Below, in pieces: positions 62,501 to 64,000 of a DNA stretch of 64,000 nucleotides (position 1 is its first letter; the number at the start of each line of letters is the position of its first letter). Source of the stretch: Candidatus Falkowbacteria bacterium (lineage in GTDB: Bacteria; Patescibacteriota; Patescibacteriia; Patescibacteriales; GWE2-39-37); assembly GCA_037137775.1 (NCBI GenBank), contig JBAXJQ010000002.1, positions 25,095-89,094 of the forward strand, given 5' to 3'. The translations under genes were made by a program, and so were the position numbers. The notes below the pieces were generated by a model that saw nothing but the letters and a program-made list of their open reading frames with translations, was not told where the DNA came from and searched no databases.

Positions 62501-64000
62501 ATGAGCGCATCACAGTTAATCAGGATTTTTGACACCACCCTTCGGGACGGCGAGCAATCTCCAGGCAACAGCATGAACATCGAGGAGAAACTGCGGATTG
62601 CCAAACAACTCCAGAAGTTGAACGTCGACGTAATTGAGGCCGGTTTTCCCATTGCATCCGAAGGTGATTTCGAGGCCGTCAAGCGGGTCGCTCAGACCAT
62701 CAAGGGGCCGGAGATCGCCGGACTGTGTCGCGCCAGTGACAAAGACATCGACCGGTGTTGGGAAGCGCTCGCGCCTGCCGGTGAGAAAGGCCGGATCCAC
62801 ACCTTCATCGCTACCTCGGACATCCACATGAAGTACAAGTTGCGAATGTCACCTGTTCAAGTACTCGAAGCTGCAGTTAAAGCGGTTAAGCGTGCGGCCA
62901 GCTATACTCCAAACGTAGAATTTTCCTGTGAGGATGCTGTCCGTACCAATCTGCCGTTTCTGGCCGAAGTAGTCGAGGCTGTTATTGCCGCCGGGGCTAC
63001 TACGGTCAACATTCCAGACACCGTCGGTTATACGGTGCCCAGCGAGTACGGTAATATCATGCGGTATCTTCGGGAATTCGTTTCGAATATCGACAAGGCC
63101 GTTATCTCGGTCCATTGTCATAATGATCTCGGCTTGGCTGTGGCCAATTCAATCGCTGCCATTAGCGGTGGTGCTCGACAAGTCGAATGTACCATCAATG
63201 GCATCGGAGAACGGGCCGGTAACTGCTCACTGGAAGAGTTCGTGATGATACTCAAAACCAGGAGCGACATCTTGCCATTCCGCACGAACGTAGTATCGGA
63301 ACAACTCACCCCAGCCAGTCGGCTCCTCACAACCATCACTGGCACTATGGTGCAGTCGAACAAGGCGGTGGTCGGTGCTAATGCGTTTGCCCACGAATCG
63401 GGAATCCACCAGCACGGGATGATCATGGATAACTCCACCTATGAGATAATGACTCCCGAATCAGTTGGTCTCAAGGCCAATGCGCTGGTGTTAGGAAAAC
63501 ACTCCGGTAGTCATGCTTTTAATAAGCGACTTAGGGAGATGGGGTACGACCTGAACGAAGAAGACCTCAAAAAGGCCTTTGTCAAATTCAAAGATCTGGC
63601 CGACCTCAAGAAAGAAGTCTTTGATGAGGATCTCGATGCCATCGTGGCGGAAGAGGTGATGCGGCCGGCGGAGAAGTATAAGCTGGATCACATTACCGTC
63701 ACCTGCGGTTCATTTTCTGTGGCAACTGCTACTGTGCAACTGGAAATTGACGGTGTACCGGTTCGAACGGCCGAGTTGGGAGACGGACCGGTTGATGCCA
63801 CCTTCAAGGCAATTAAAAAGTTGACCAAGAGCAAAGCCAAACTTGAACGGTACAATGTGGGAGCAATTACGGGTGGCACCGACGCTCAGGGTGAGGCTAC
63901 GGTAAAGTTGAAGTATGGTGATGTAACCGTAAATGGTCGTGGTGCTTCAACTGATATTATCGAAGCCTCGGCCAAAGCTTACGTCGACGCCCTGAATCGG
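62501..64000 (+). CDS. leuA: 2-isopropylmalate synthase (3' end beyond the window)
   Basis: My own translation gives MSASQLIRIFDTTLRDGEQSPG...HCHNDLGLAVANS...GERAGN...HESGIHQHG plus the C-terminal LeuA dimerisation/regulatory region. Strong SD GGAGG 5 nt upstream. The gene is absent from the ORF track because no stop codon falls in the window. Confidence 0.9.
   Translation, partial: MSASQLIRIFDTTLRDGEQSPGNSMNIEEKLRIAKQLQKLNVDVIEAGFPIASEGDFEAVKRVAQTIKGPEIAGLCRASDKDIDRCWEALAPAGEKGRIHTFIATSDIHMKYKLRMSPVQVLEAAVKAVKRAASYTPNVEFSCEDAVRTNLPFLAEVVEAVIAAGATTVNIPDTVGYTVPSEYGNIMRYLREFVSNIDKAVISVHCHNDLGLAVANSIAAISGGARQVECTINGIGERAGNCSLEEFVMILKTRSDILPFRTNVVSEQLTPASRLLTTITGTMVQSNKAVVGANAFAHESGIHQHGMIMDNSTYEIMTPESVGLKANALVLGKHSGSHAFNKRLREMGYDLNEEDLKKAFVKFKDLADLKKEVFDEDLDAIVAEEVMRPAEKYKLDHITVTCGSFSVATATVQLEIDGVPVRTAELGDGPVDATFKAIKKLTKSKAKLERYNVGAITGGTDAQGEATVKLKYGDVTVNGRGASTDIIEASAKAYVDALNR

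Noticed and set aside
1-64000. Alternative genetic code (UGA recoding as in some CPR lineages such as Gracilibacteria or SR1).
   Set aside because: Conserved genes translate full length in code 11. TGA is used as a genuine stop (for example ogt at 52925-27). An RF2 gene with an SPF motif is present.
1-64000. CRISPR arrays, tRNA or rRNA genes, transposases, integrases, and recognisable defence systems.
   Set aside because: I saw no spaced direct-repeat array and no tRNA-like T-arm outside coding sequence (GGTTCGAAG at ~18791 is inside topA). None of the ORF translations show transposase, integrase or known defence-domain signatures.
62440-64000. A sharp G+C jump at leuA as evidence for horizontal transfer.
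   Set aside because: My hand counts of a few 60-nt samples gave about 50-57 % for leuA and similar values (48-62 %) for topA, pheS and ftsZ. A compositional break is therefore not supported without a proper computation.

Overview
The window looks like a compact, gene-dense bacterial chromosome segment, probably from a CPR/Patescibacteria-type organism. That assignment is inferred from TrbC/VirB2-like pilin domains fused to giant surface proteins, an LCP cell-wall enzyme, DNA-uptake genes (dprA, split comEC), an anaerobic RNR, many small membrane proteins, and mostly Shine-Dalgarno-less starts. Standard genetic code: RF2 is present and TGA is used as a stop. Housekeeping genes I recognise with confidence are pheS, pheT, topA, dprA, pth, der, lepB, hisS, rpsU, a short Rel/SpoT, ybeY, dgkA, ftsA, ftsZ, nrdR, nrdD, nrdG, ogt, prfB, comEC, ndk and leuA (3' truncated). 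There is also an ECF-sigma plus MacAB-like pump module. I found no rRNA, tRNA, CRISPR array or transposase. Five items deserve a second look. (1) nrdD is interrupted, and its glycyl-radical motif lies in a separate in-frame 48-codon ORF after a ~168-nt stop-containing insert. (2) The ~1.1 kb ORF-poor region between ndk and leuA holds a leaderless branched-chain-rich mini-ORF with a textbook terminator/antiterminator pair, followed by a hairpin-dense stretch that may be a large structured RNA. (3) Two tandem genes fuse a T4SS-pilin-like membrane domain to 0.9-2.3 k-residue ectodomains (one extremely Cys-rich), followed by two Ca-binding-repeat paralogs. (4) An AT-rich island of unknown-function and secreted proteins lies at 11.4-16.6 kb. 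(5) An operon encodes small bitopic proteins with duplicated signal peptides and C-terminal anchors. All calls come from reading the sequence and ORF translations by eye. No searches or folding programs were run.
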